Part shown: positions 36,051-49,281 of the stretch, in pieces
Numbering within the stretch: the stretch's first letter is position 1
How the letters are laid out: each line of letters begins with the position of its first letter
DNA from: Vicugna vicugna
Taxonomy: Eukaryota
Reading direction: 5' to 3'
Assembly: GCA_013265495.1 (NCBI GenBank)
Contig: MU057701.1
Location: forward strand, 62,001-126,000
Length of the DNA stretch: 64,000 nucleotides
Program-made: the position numbers and the translations under genes
The notes under the pieces: generated by a model
What the model saw: only the letters and a program-made list of their open reading frames with translations
What the model was told of the DNA's origin: nothing
Database searches by the model: none

Positions 36051-39000
36051 AGTCCTATGTTCTTTTAACAATGGCTCCGAAAAGTTATTTATACGGAGCA
36101 GCGGCTACCCAGGTGAAGGGAGGGGAGGCCGCAGGGTGGTTGTGCAAGTGATCAGTGCCGTCCGTGGGCGGCCTCGGGCAGCATCTAATCACTTCTTCCA
36201 GGTTAGCAGGTAGGTTCATTCTCTTGGCCTTTCCGTGGAACCCGCGGCAGTGATGCTAATTAAAATCAAGATTCTCAAGACTCAGGGAACTTCGCCGACA
36301 ACATACAAACACTAACCAGCCTTGGGAGACTTCAGTCTGCCATCTTGTGATGTAATTTGGCTTGATTTAAGCCTCGAAACCAGTCGAAGACAGCATCTTC
36401 GACTTGGTTAATTAGATGCAAGAAGCCTTCCCATTCCTTGGTAATCACTCTCCCAAATGCTTTTCTGCTGGAAGGAAAAACAGGAAGGAATGAGACTTCT
36501 ATAATAACCATCCATGTAAACAAGCAGCTCTCTAGCACGGCCCAGCGAGCTGCCGCGGAGGGTGACAGGGTAAGGCAGACCCTGTGTGAACTGACAAGTC
36601 CCGTGGTCTGAAGCGAAGGTCTCCCCCAGGGCTGGGCATTACCACAGCTGTTCCTGGAGAAGGAGCCTTGAACGCCCTAAAGCCCTTCATTAGCATAAGG
36701 AAAGAACAAGTGGGATGCGTGCTTTTATTTCAGAGAACACAGGCCACCACAAGGCAGAGCCTCTGCCCTCAAACACACGGGGCTATCACACCTGCAAGAA
36801 CCCGCTCATTTAACCGTGTGTCTGTCGGCAAACGCATCCATGAAACCAGCTCCCTCCAGACCAGAATGGGCCTTTTCGGAGATGTGCTCGAAGGTGGCAG
36901 GTGAGATGAGTCTTGTCTCATTTTGCCTAAGAAACCACAGCCTGTTTCCAGTCTCTCATCCCAGGTAACGCTGGCAGGAGGTGAAAGGGGTCCCAGTCCC
37001 TTTCTGAACAGTTATTAAATACAACCTCTGTGTGCTGAACAGACAGTTACGCAGTAGGGAAGGACATAAAATGAGAAAACGGTCCCTCCCCCTCCCCAGT
37101 GGCCGCTCCAACTGCTCACCATCATTTCTGTAACTGTCTAGAAAGTTGTCCATGTGGGCAAACACACACGGATGAGGTGGTACCACGCGCTCTGTTTTGC
37201 ACACCTTGCATCCTTCACGCAACAGTCCACCCCGGAGGCGTCGCCACGCCGGCTCACGTGGGTGTGCAGCATCCTTTGCACGGGCCGCTCCTTTCCTTTT
37301 GTTCCCAGGCCAGGCACTGACTTGTTTTCCAAATGCTCTCCTCTGTCCGTTCTTATTCTCCAGACTTTCTGTACCAAAATGCACTGGCTTCAGTGGGCAT
37401 CCAGGCCTTCGGTGAGCACATTTGCAGAATCTTGGGTGACTTGATGAGCAAACTAACCTCACTTTTAACCCTCAGCGTGTGCTCCTGCTTGCGTTGGTCA
37501 TGCACGGAAGGCCCCCCTCCCTCCTCCCACCCAGAGCATGCTGATCTTCTTAGAAAGGGCAGAGCCCGGCTGCCACCCAGGGGCCCAGCCCCCTCGCTGG
37601 ACGGTTCTATAGTGTGGACAAGACTTCCCGGGAGGCTCAGAGCAGAATGCTCATTTATGTCGCTGAGTATTTAGTCAAAGGAAGACAGCGCAGGACCGCA
37701 AATCAGGGAGCCACACACAGACACAGGCGGTGTTCTTACTACACCCCCGGCCAAGACCGCGGCGCAGGGCTGTGGCCAGTTCCCCAAGCCGGGACACGGA
37801 ACTCGGGTAAAGGTTCCCCTAATCCCTGCTGCATCTGGTAATCCCCAGAGGCGTTCCGCACCCTGATAAGTTTCCTTTCCCCTTAGTTTGGCGACTCACC
37901 TTTCCTCTGGCTTTGCTCTGCCTTCTTCCTGCCCTCCCGAGTTTGGTTTGGTGTTTTGCTTGGAAATGGCAGTGTTTTCGAGCTGCTCACACTCCCTGTG
38001 ATTCCCACGCCAGTGACCGTGGGGTTAATTTCTGCATCACTGAGACAGCAAGGTGTAAAGGACACGACTGTGACCAGCACTTGTACCTTACCTCTCACAG
38101 GTGAGAATCACAGCTGAGAGGCCGGCGTCCGCGGGGCTGGCTCACTCTCTTCCCCGCAGCTCTTCGTGCAGAACGCAAAGGCCTGAGAGTGGCCCGTTTG
38201 CCACACGGGGCTCTGGATCGGGGAGCGTTGAAATCTCAGTTTCCACCTGGGGCCCATCTCTTCCTGGGCTGATTTCCCCTGGATTCATTTTGCTAACTGG
38301 TGAATTTACCAAATGGGTAGGAACATCCAGAGAACAAAAGAGTTAAGCCCTGAACTCAGAGCTAAGGCAGGGAGGTCATTATTAGCTCGTTCATCTCTCA
38401 CATATTAATCGCGTGCCTTTTTACATGCCAGGCACTTGCCGCTCATGTTGCATCTTAGGTCTGGATCGCACCTGATCGTTCAGAAAGGGTCGCACCCACA
38501 CCGTTCCTTCGGCCCTCACGGCGCCACGGAAGGTGGACATTCACATCCCCGTTTTATCTTCACAAAGGGGCGCAGTGTGTTGCCCTAAGCCGTTCCCTGG
38601 GCTCTTGGCCTCTGGTAGGTGATTCGCCTCATCCCGTTTTCCCTTGGGTGTCGCACACGGCACTAACACAGACGTCATCTGGTCTCAGGGAGCATCAGAG
38701 GAGCTTCCCGGGCTCATGTGCTGGCCCAGCCGGATCTGGGCTGCCTCCTCCCGCCCTCCTCCCCTACATCTTTGTCCCCCACCTGCTGTGTCAGGCCTCG
38801 CCTTCCGGGGGGCAAAAGCGTCAGTTGGTGAAAGGTGAGGGTGGTCTTTGGAGCTGAAGACAGTGCACACCCAGCCATGAGGCTTTGCTCACAAGTAGCG
38901 AGTGTGTCCTTGGCTGCTGGGGGTTGTCAGGGGGCCTGGAGCTCTGAGGCCGCGAACCACCCAACCTGCCTGCGGTCACAGACTGCAGAGGACGCTGCGC

Positions 39001-42000
39001 TTCCCGCGATGATCACCCTCCCGCTCATCCCCGAGGGGCACCAGGAGAATGTCTGCAATCAGGCCAGCTTCTTTTTTCGCTGGCACCACCACCCGGTCAC
39101 TTGCATCCACAGGTTCCACTAGACCATCCCCCCTAAACCTTTTAGTCCCTCTTGTTGCTCCCTCTCAGATTCGAGGTGACGCCTGAGGCCCATTGCCCAC
39201 CAAGCGGATGGCCTTGTGTTAGGCTGGCTCCCAGGTGGTCGGAAGAATCTTCTCTGCCTTCAGAAGACGATAGCTTGTTGATGCCCCCAAGGATCCAAGG
39301 AGCACTGGTTTTCATTATCCCGTTCAGTAGGTGGTGGTGGCAGTACAAGAACAGTTGCAGCTCTTTGCACAGATATCTCGAAAAACAAGTAATTCAGGGT
39401 CTCCAACTTGGCTTAAAGGAGATTGTCTATTTCTGGCCTGATTTCAGTAGGGGTTGTGGAGGGCTCATTGCTACCCTCTGTGGTGGAAAAACAAGCGCTA
39501 TTTCTCATCCAGCTGAACCTGCGGTAAAAATAGCCATGCTTCTCCCACGCCTCTCCCGCTGGGGTTGGGGGGAGCATCTTGTTTCTGGTGTGATCTCTCT
39601 CAGCGTAAAAAGTCCTTGGATCCCAGCTGATCCTCAGGCTACGTGGGTGGGGGCGGCTCTCCCCCTTGGTTTCTGACATCCACTCACGGACACCGAGTTT
39701 TTGCTCTCTGCTTGCGCTAAGCCTGTCCCCACCTCAGTTCCTCTCCACCTAAGTGAGCAGGTTTAACAGAGATTTTCATTGGCTAAAACGTGATTTCTCT
39801 CTCTCTTTGGGATCAGGGGAAATTCCAAAGTGGTCGAGAGTGAGAAAGAAGGGGAGGGGGTTTGCGGCGGTGCCGTTTCCAGACCACCGGTCGCGTTCCC
39901 GTGCAGGGCGGTCACGGAGCCATGCTGGGATTGCCTTGGTCTCCGCGGCCCCCCTTGAGCTCCAGCCAGCTGCACGGTCACGGCACGAAGCCTGACACAG
40001 TGAGGGTTTCTGCCCCACGTGTCACAAAACTTGGCTTTACAAGCTACAGTGGCCCTTGGGAGCAACTCTCCTCTGGACACCAGCCTTAGAATTTCATGTC
40101 CTCAAGTGTCATCCCCATCACCAGATTTCTCGGTGTCGATGTCTATGTGGTCCCCCTTTAAGATCCTAGGATCTCTTCTTTTACTTTGTCTTTTATTTTT
40201 CTTCGGCAGTGAAGCCATGGCTTTTAGAAATTCCCCTTGGAAGCTGATTTGTGAGTACACTGAAGGTGGTCCTCAGAGGAAAGGGTCAGTCTTTCCTTTG
40301 ACCCTTATGATTGCACAAAGACCTGTGCAGTCTTTTCATGGAACAGATGGACAAACCCAGAGCTACACGAACAGATCTCCAGCTAGTGGAGAGAGATCAT
40401 ACCGTACCGTCCTCTTCCTCTTCGAGACTTCCCCTTTTATTTGTTTCTGATAAATTCCTTCTTGCTCATCTTTGCATAGTTAGTGAAGGCCAGGAATCAA
40501 TAAAGCAATGCAAGTGATCCCTTTTTAAGGGAGCACATGTCCCAGCCACGGGGAGCACCTCCAGTAGATTCACGTGAAGTCTTCCGGGCAATGGGTGTTG
40601 AATAATCAGGCTCCCAAACGATGTTCTACTCAAAGCCAACTCCACCAAGGCTGTCATACTTGCTTACGACACTTTTGCCTGTAACTTCTGCACTTTCTCC
40701 CTTCTCTGGTCTCAAGTATGGCTAGTTTCCGAGTTTGGCTGTCACATCTGTCCTCGCACTGACGTTGGGACCCACTCAGCCTCATGTCGCCCTCTTGGTG
40801 TATCTCAGGGTTCTCAACAGCCCTGTTGACCTCTGGGCCAACAATTCTTTGTTGTGGGGGGTGATGTGAAGCAGCGTCCCTGGCTTTTATCATCTTAGCA
40901 GCCGCGTCTGAATGTGGTGCTCTGTGGAAGTTGGTTGCTGTTGGTTGGCTGGTTTTACTGACAAATCCAGTGCAGACCCCTGATGAATTCATGGGAAGAA
41001 ACATCACGCCCCTCTCTCTCCCTTGAACAGCCTTCTGAATAGTTCGGAATGGCCTGTGCATGTGAGAGGCTGCAGGCTCGGCTTCCGCTGTACCTTTGCT
41101 TCGAAGGCGCTTTGTGCTCATCCAAGGAGAGCGCCCTGGAAACGTGGAGCGTGAAGCGAAAGGCCTACCGTCCCCTGTGCGGGAGGCAGGACCTGCGTGA
41201 TGAGCAGGGCTGATAGTAGGGCCTCTACAGAGTGACTGGAGGGGCCGAAAACCATCCCCCTGCCCCTCTCATTCTGCACATCCCCACCCAACAGTCACCG
41301 GTCTGAACTCTCCTCCAGTTAAGAAGCAGGTGGTGGCTTACGAAAATGAAAACCACCGCAGGAAGGGAAGCTATTGGTATGAAGACCTCACCTGGAAATC
41401 GTGACATGCTTTCCTCCGAGGCAGGGACTTAGGAGCAGGTTTTATTTAATGATGAGAGGATGGGGAGAGTATAATGAAGCTGGATTCTCAAGGAAACCTT
41501 CTAGAAGATGGGGCAGAGACGTGGCAGAGGAGGTGAGCTGTGAGACTCAGCTGGCATCGCCCAGTAACCCCAGGAGGTACTATGCTCTCCCCACGTGCTG
41601 GGTTCCGTGCGAAACACAAAACACCGTACGTGCAACCTTCGTAGCAGTCCAGAGAGGGAGGCACGACCATGCCCCCCATTTTGCAGGTAAAACGGGGCGG
41701 ACCCCACTTCACAGTTTACCTCGAGCTAACCTCTGTCGAAGATGCAGGAATGCCTGGCTAGTGGAAGACTTCTGCTAACTCAGAATCAATTCATGTTGCC
41801 CTGCAGTACCAGGGGAGAGGGAGGGAAGTCAGTCCTTTGCAATGTGTGGGAAGTTGTGATTCGTATCACTGGGTCCCCTCCCAGCACCCTCTGTCTCAGC
41901 CACCCTGGGACCCTGGGACTCCAGCATGCCACACCCTTCTGGGTGGCTGGGAAAGTGAGCAGACACCTTTACTCTTGTTTGGGGTGGGGTTCTCAAGCAG

Positions 42001-42824
42001 TGCCGCTTCAGCTGCTGTGTTTCTCGGACCCCGCAGCCCCACCAGGGCAGCTCTGCCTGCAGCCCCACCTGCATTTAGCACCCTGGTGGACCCAGGAGGA
42101 GAGGAATATCTGAGACAGGCGGCAGACGCTGCCCGCTCAGGGCACCGGTGCAGACCTCCAGCAAAAACCACCAACAAATGAGCTCCGTGGTCACCTGTCT
42201 CTTAGTCGACCAGATGAACCCCGATCCGCCGAGTTCCGGCTGAGCTTGAGAACAGACAGCCCAGGCTTACCATTGCACCTACCCTGTGCCGGCTGAAGAT
42301 TAGTTTAGGGGCTGAGGTTTTTAGAACCTCCCAGTTGGAAGACAAGAATAACACGGCTTTTCTTTATTACAAACATGGTTGCGAAGGACCCGACGTGCGT
42401 GAGACAGTGTTCTCAGCCTCTCGGTTCGGGGGTAACAGCCCCTATTCCCACCAACATCCCAGCCTTTTGATGTAGAAGCGTGACCGATGGCCCTGTGCGT
42501 GGGACACCCAGCTCATGGCTCTGTGAGGTGGAGGCAAAAGGCAAGAGGCTGTCTCCTTGCTGCTGCCTTCCCGGCACTGCCTGCGCACCTAGGGTTTCAG
42601 TTCCAGGGGTGTTTGACGATTTACAGCCGCGTGACTCTCGGTTACTGCTTGCTGTGCCTGGCTTTCGAATCCGGTCAGCCTGCAGGTCCTCCAGACTTCT
42701 TCCTGCCTAACCAGCCCCGACTCCCGCCCCCCCGGGGCCGCGCCCCTCCCTGCAGAGAGCTCCCGGGGAGCGGCCGCCTGGCTTCCCTTACTGACCTCTC
42801 CTCCTTCTTGCTCTCTCTCCACAG

Positions 42825-42989
42825 TGCGGCAAAGGAGCAGAAAACTTTGACAAGTTCTTCACGCGAGGGCAGCCTGTCTTAACACCGCCTGATCAGCTGG
42901 TTATCGCTAACATAGACCAGTCTGATTTCGAAGGGTTCTCGTATGTCAACCCCCAGTTTGTGCACCCCATCCTCCAGAGCGCAGTATGA
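42825..42989 (+). CDS. PRKCA: PKC-alpha last coding exon (exon 17 equivalent): [54 protein letters not shown]
   Basis: Contains the NFD motif, turn motif (LTPP), hydrophobic motif (FEGFSY) and the PKC-alpha-specific PDZ ligand QSAV. Branch-like ctgac, pyrimidine tract and acag| upstream; TGA at 42987-42989. Confidence 0.99.
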   Translation, partial: CGKGAENFDKFFTRGQPVLTPPDQLVIANIDQSDFEGFSYVNPQFVHPILQSAV

Positions 42990-44307
42990 AACGCAACTGC
43001 CGAGAGCAAACGCCTCCCCAGCCCCCGGCCCCGGCCCCAGCCGTGGGCAATGATCCCCAACCCTAAAATTTTAAGGCCACAGCTTTGTTTTTTGTTCCAG
43101 ATGGAGGCCTGAAAATTGTAGGGTTGTTAGTCCAGATGTGATCAGCTGTTGAGAGTCTCTTTCTCTCACAACTGAAAACATTATCTCAACGGAAGGTGAT
43201 CTCATGTCCAGTGTCCAGTTTAATCATGTAGAGGTCACATCTGGCTGTAGGGTAACCCTTCCTGGAAAGCAGATGGGCTCTTGCCCCCCCTCTTTGGTAC
43301 AATTTGATATGTTCCCCACATCCTCTGCTGATATTCACCATCCAGATTCCCCGACCAGAGATGCTAAAATGAATCCACCCCAGTCCAGGGAGCTGGAAGC
43401 ATCTCCACCCAAGACATCTTTGGAATGAAAAGAGCGGGGAGCCCAGGGAGTGGGCAAGGTGGGACTGGCGGGCGGGGGAGGCTTCGAAACACCATCTGCT
43501 TCTGTTCTCTGCCTTGATGGATACAGTCCCTAGAATCTGAGAGGCCGGGATGAATCTGAATCCACCTGGCAAGCACTTGCGCGCTCGCTGTTCCCAGACA
43601 CTGACAGCTGTAACCCAATCACGGTCCAGCGGTTACCAGTTTTAAAAAAAAAGAAAAAAGAGAGGAAGAAAACCTCAGATGGGTTTTGGGGGAATCAGTC
43701 GTCTTGTACCCGACGTGGCTGATAACTGTCTTGATACTTGCATTTCTTTTTAAGAGGCCAAATCTTCTGAGGACTTTGCTAAAGGAGCATGTGAAATCAT
43801 TTCAGATCAAGGCTAAACCAGTGTGTGTGTAATGTTCATTTTAATCTCTGGGAGATTATTCTGGACCCAGGGTGCCATCAGCAATCATGCCACTACTCAC
43901 GAGTGTTGTTAGCCAACCTCCCCCCCTGCACCCCAACCCAACACCGGTATTTTGCTACCTGCTTCCTAAGAAGCCGACGTGTCTACGCCCCACCCCCTTT
44001 TGTACTTATTTATTTAACAGGCTGTGGTGTCGTTTATGAGAGTACGATGTATAGTAAGTTCATCCAAGTGTTGACTCTAGCCTCAGTCCCTAGCATTGAT
44101 TGCCCTCCCGTCTCCAGCCCTCCATGTCCTCTTAGGGATGGACAGCGGTACAGTTTTGGTCCCCCATTTCCAGTTCATGTTGAATGACACCCCTGGAGCT
44201 GTAGACTCAGGAAACCTGGATGTGTTATCACTTCGAAGATGTTTTATCGCTAGAAGGATTTTAATATGTTTTGCAAATGCATCATGCAATGGATTTTGCA
44301 TGTTTAT

Positions 44308-44313
44308 AATAAA
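44308..44313 (+). terminator. Proximal poly(A) signal (AATAAA), with a TATAAA variant at 44360
   Basis: Hexamer in an AU-rich block followed by GU/U-rich sequence (tttgtg...cttgtttct). Confidence 0.6.
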
Positions 44314-47300
44314 CCTTAATAACAAGTGGAATCTATATTATTGATATAATCGTATCAAGTATAAAGAGAGTATTATACTAATTTTATAAGACACCACTGT
44401 GCTATATTTGTGAAGGCTCTTGTTTCTAATCTGCTTCTATGGTTAAGTTTTAGCTTCCTTCTTTGCTGCCGTGCCTCCTCCCGCCCTCCGCCCCTACTCC
44501 GTACGTACCCTGCCTTGGCGCTGGATCGGGTCTATTAATTTTTTATTGCAGTAGATCTCATTTCGAAAATGAATGGCTACTTTACCTGATCAATTAGGCT
44601 TAATCATACACCTATATATAAATATTTGATTCTATCTGCAGACAGAAGTTTTGCTTGAGGGGATTATTTTTGAGATGAGACTCCCTCTTCGCTTCTTAAG
44701 GCCGTCCTCTCTTCTGGTCCCCCGTAGCACTCTTCCTCGGGGGCAGCGGGGAACGTTTGACTCCAGTGTGCCTAGTATGTTTGTGTAGATACCGTGTTGT
44801 CACGGCCCCTGGGCTGCACTCTGTCCGTTTTGTTTCTGCCTTTCAGCTTTGTGGCTGTTGGTGAGTCAGGGCAGGAGGGACAGGCAGCTTCCCTCCCTGG
44901 TGCGTGGACGTAGCAGAAGCACGCGGTCCGCCTGGCTGCCCCGGAGCGCGCCGCTGTCGGCCCCTGGCAGCCCCTGGGCACAGCCAGCCCCCGGGGGCTG
45001 TCCATGCACGCTCTTGGGAGGCTGCAGATTTTCTCCCAGCTGCTGCTAGAACCAGCCATTCCGGCCTTGCGAGGAGCATTTCTGTAACGAAACACCATCC
45101 CAACAAGGTCCTCGACAGAGCCAGTCACCTAGAGCAAATTCACAGTGGACACACTTATCAGTCCTTGCAGGGGCTGTTCTGTTTCCCCTTGTTTCCCCCG
45201 AAGTATCTCCCGGCAGAGCATCTTCTCATGTTTACTCTCTGGCTCTCTGCCTGGATTTCAGGTCGCCCACAGCCACAGAGGGGTCTTAGAGCTGAGAGGC
45301 CTCCTCTGTGCTGGAAACGCTGGATCGGAGGCAGAGATGGAGCAGGGAATGGGTCAGACCAGAAAAGAGCAACTTCTTCTGCCATCTTTTAGGGGCCGTA
45401 ACCTTCAGGTCTCAAAAGGGGCCCGAGCACATCCAGCGCTGTAGTCCTGCTGGGCCGTGCCCATTCGGGGACACTTCCTCCCCACATGAACCGCATTGGG
45501 TATGATAGAAAAGGGTTTAGAAAGAGCCTAAGGAACAAAAGAGCCTGTCCCCCTGCCCCAGAACAGAGCCACAGCAGGACGGGTCCCCAGCCCAGCTCTG
45601 GAGGTGAGGAAGGTCCCAGAAAGGAGCTCACAAGGTCGTGAACCATCCATCCCCGAGCCCCGGGCTGCCTGCTTGCTTTAAGCCAGCAGCAGGCTCCGGG
45701 TTTCACTCACACAGCAGCCAGTACACTTCCAACTGATTCATCTTTCTCTCGGGAACATGCTCAGTACCTCAGCTGGTTTTTATCCTTTCCGAATTTGTGG
45801 CAAAGTTTTAAAAGATGATGCCCTGTCAGGGGTGGGGCCCAGCCCTTTGCCTGAGAGACATCAGGCTTGAGGACAAAGTTGAAGGGAAAACAGTAAAAAT
45901 CAGGGCCAGTGTTAACGTGCTGCAGTGTGTTTGGTACGTTGCTATGTCCTGAATTTAGATAAAAGCTAATGCTTTAAAATCAGAGCAGCCCATGACAGTT
46001 CTGCTGAAAGAATCCATCATGCGAGTAACCGTTAGCAGAATCGATTTATAAAACTCGGAGGCATGGTTCCCTTTCTTGAGCATCATGTGAAATAAAACAG
46101 GGAAGGAGCTGCCGTTTTAAAGAGTTGGAATAAGAATGATGCCTTGAAGGGTCAAGTCACTGAGGGACACTTAGGAAGTACCACCCACTGAGCACTGCAG
46201 GGCTGGTGGAAGTCCAGGCCCCTGGGATAACCTAGCGCAATCCGGGTCTCCATCAGACATGGTGACTCTGAAAGGCCATTCAAACTGCCCTGTGTTCGCT
46301 TCCCTTGGAGGGCGGGCCTTCCCTCTGTGGCTGCAGGCAGCGTGCTGGCTGCCCTCCTCTCTTGGCATCTTGTCTAAACCCACCCGGGGCTTGGTTTGAA
46401 TGAAGTAGCTGGAGTGTCCTGCCAGGTGTGGCCCTCAGAGGTTAATGGGAAGTTCACGCGAGGCAGGAGCTAATTCAAAAGGTTGGTAGGAGACCCCAGG
46501 AACCGGAGTGATTGCTGTTGGTCACATCCACTCCTCTTTTATCCCCATGACCTGGTACATGTTCACGCAGAGTCACCGCCCGTCTCTTCTCCAGAGATGT
46601 GTCAGGCTTTCTTCTTAGAGATTTTGGTAGGAAATTAGAGGCCAGCAAATGGTGGTTGAGCCCCTCTCTGAGCCGCAGGCCTGAGCAGAGCATGGTGACT
46701 TGCTGGAAGGAGGGTGCAGCCGTCCAAGGACCACCTGTTGACGTTCTGAGAAGGAAGGTTGCTGGAGGCTGAGGTCGGTAATGAGTTTCGAGAAGAGGGG
46801 GTTTGAGTGCAGAAGGACGCCTGCAGTAGGAGGAGGCCAGGAGGGAGCGGGCGTTTGGAAAGGAAGCTGCTGTTTCCAGTGGCTTTCCATCGGAAGTTGT
46901 CGGTGTAGATGAAAGGCACTGTCTGCTGGTCCTTGAGAGTGAGCTTGTTGCCAGGGACAACGTCTGTTCCTCCTTAAAAAACATCTCCCAAATGCCAACA
47001 GCATCCTCACCTGCTCCCAGAAGCCCCCTTTCCGCACCCTCCTTTGAAGTGGCTCTCATTTCTCTGGGCCGTCCTGCAAGAAGGTTCCCCCATACTTGCC
47101 CCCGTGGCTTTTTGCTGAGAATCACAGCAGCTGAGGGTGGATGGAAACGGAGACGTCACGGGAACAGCTTAACACCCCAGTTCCCCCCTGGGTCCACTTA
47201 GCAGGAGAAATTTTGAGGTTTTTTTTTTTTTTACTAGGGTTTGTTTTCTCAGCCCTGAAGAGGAGGGCAAAGTGAGAGTCTTATGCTTTTAAAAGCCTCA

Positions 47301-49275
47301 GAAAGGAGACACCACCTGACCGTCATTTTCTCACTTTGGTCTTACGAAGCACCTGTCTCTCGTGTGTGCCTGCCACACGGTTCCCTGTTTCTTTAAGCCC
47401 AGCCAGGGCAGGAGTTCCCCCACTGAGCACACTGAACAGCCGTGGTCGGGAAACATGATGCTGCGGCAGGGACCCACCAGTGATGACTTTAAGGGTTACG
47501 GGAGCAGCGAGGGCACGGCAGTTCCAGTGACGGAAAGGGGCACTCCGGTTCCACACTAATTCGACAAGGAGTGTTGGGGATATTTTTTTAAACATTTCCT
47601 TGAGCTCCTTGGGTTACATTTTTATGAAATATACCAGACTGTAAATATTTCTGTCATTTCCCAATAAGGCTGAGACAGCACGTCTAGGGGATGCTAGATG
47701 TTTCTGCTGTTGGAAGATACGGAAAATGGGAAAATTGGGTTATACGTGGACGTAGGCAGCCATCTAGAAATGGCGTCAACCACAATGCTGTTCACTCTGT
47801 CAAGTCGGGGTCTCTTCGGGAGGGTTAAAAGCTGAATAATCAGGATCCCAGGGCCTCTGATCTGTGTGATCAGGTGTCAGCTGATAACTGTGCAGGTCCA
47901 ACTCGGTCATCAAATAGCCTTACAGTGACCCTACACTAAGGCCCACAAGTTCCAAAGACTTTTTAAACCTTATGGAAGAAATTAATTTGTGAATTCCAAT
48001 AGAACGTCTGAATATACTGGGCTATTTGTACTTTTTTATAGAGAACTTTAATAACTCGGTTCTTCTTTAAAAATGAGTTTTTAAAATAAAACTACTGACA
48101 ATTTCATAAGATTCCAACCACATGGAGCCTGTAGGGGGACTCACCTGGAGTCAGCTAGAGCACCCCTGACCTGCACTCCCACTGCAGGATTTTCCTGTAC
48201 CAGTAGGGTATGAAGTCCACATCACCGTGACTGGGAGTTCAGGTGGAACGTGTTGGCAGAATGATGTCCTTCGTGTTCTCAGTAGATGCTGAGGACAACT
48301 GTCTAAAGTCTAGAAACTTTGGGACCACAGGAAAGATGGCTTTATTGTCCCCCTTCCAGGTGCAGCTCCAGGACAACATTCCCCAGGGGCCCCTGGAACC
48401 CCCTTTCTTGCCCTGTGAGGTCTGCAACCCCCTTTTGGCATGGAGGGGTGGTGCTTCCTCAGCTCTGTCTCCTCTCCCCTCGGGTCCCCGGGTATCTCAT
48501 ATTCAGTGGAAGTTCAGTGATGCCCTGTAAGGATTTTGCCCACTGGGTAATTCCAAAATGCTCCAATGTCCCTAGGAAGGAAGAGGCGGCAGGAAGTGCC
48601 CCCGCCGGCATCTGTTGCACGGTCACCCCTTATGTGAGTACACAGAACCCTACTTTTCAGAAAATAGGTATCAAGTCCACTTTATAAGAACCCTTTTTTT
48701 CTAAAATAAGACAAAACGGTGGCTTTGCATTTCTGATTAAACAACTGTGTCTTTGTCTCCTCTGGGTATTTATTCCTGTGATTGTTTATAGATTTTTGTT
48801 GAAACTCTTCCTGGAACAATGTGATTCCTTTCTTGAGGGAATTAGATTCAAAATCGTACATGAAGGCTGTTATTCTTTTGAGTCTAAAAATTCACTTCTC
48901 ATCTCTTCTCTTAGGGTTTTTCAGAATATTTTTTATAGCTGGTCAGAAACATTTGAAATCATTGTTTTTGCTACATGATTTGGGGGTGGGGGGGAGAAGG
49001 ACATGTCATGCTTAAGTCATTCATTGAAAAACGTAAGACCCCAAGTTTGTATGGAGGAGGAAGAGGAAGAGATGGAGGTTGAAGTTTTTCCTTCTGTGTA
49101 AGCACCTACCGACAAAACGTAGAGGCCATTCAACTGTCAAATAACATTTGGTTTCTAGCAGGCGAAATGGATGTATAAATTACTGCATTGCTTTAATTCG
49201 TATAACCTCTAATCTTTGTTTGCATGCTATGCTTTGTTAGATACATTCATTGTAGTTTGGAAGCCAGTGCGTATG

Positions 49276-49281
49276 AATAAA
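49276..49281 (+). terminator. Distal poly(A) signal (AATAAA)
   Basis: UGUA elements upstream, a CA about 18 nt downstream, and a U/GU-rich downstream element. Confidence 0.7.

Noticed and set aside
42987..43155. Stop-codon readthrough extension
   Set aside because: The context is TGA AAC rather than the TGA CTAG readthrough motif, and an extension would mask the QSAV PDZ ligand.
46475..47125. 216-aa antisense ORF in the 3' UTR
   Set aside because: No recognisable domain and a non-ATG start; such ORFs are expected by chance in GC-rich sequence.
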